From Octopus bimaculoides (taxonomy: Eukaryota), in NCBI RefSeq assembly GCF_001194135.2, contig NC_068982.1:119123784-119187783 (forward strand): a stretch of 64,000 nt of DNA, read 5' to 3'. The translations under genes were made by a program, and so were the position numbers. Shown one piece after another: positions 63,987 to 64,000 of this stretch (position 1 is the stretch's first letter; each line of letters opens with the position of its first letter). The notes under the pieces were generated by a model. That model was not told where the DNA came from. It did not search any database and was given only the letters and a program-made list of their open reading frames with translations.

Positions 63987-64000
63987 TCATATTCTTCTCA

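Overview
AT-rich, microsatellite-saturated animal genomic DNA with 14 N-gaps, most flanked by (TA)n or other simple repeats. The SINE families and repeat landscape point to an octopus (inference). Most ORF-track entries are microsatellite or N artefacts. The window is mainly transposon debris: about 18 copies of one ~215-bp tRNA-derived SINE (OK-like) plus three other SINE types, R4/Dong-clade LINE fragments tied to (TAA)n, RTE LINE fragments, several Penelope-like element (PLE) fragments, a full-length decayed mariner with TIRs and TA duplication, and a ~555-bp foldback element. Two things stand out. (1) At least six hammerhead ribozyme motifs of PLE type occur on both strands; three keep every core nucleotide (11327-11371, 32792-32888, 51300-51397). 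(2) Four short, phase-compatible + strand exon candidates (18163-28079), absent from the ORF track, translate into a divergent Sin1/MAPKAP1-like RBD-end/PH-domain protein whose middle exon(s) I could not resolve. No rRNA, intact tRNA or CRISPR array was seen. All family assignments are by eye from recalled motifs, not from database searches.
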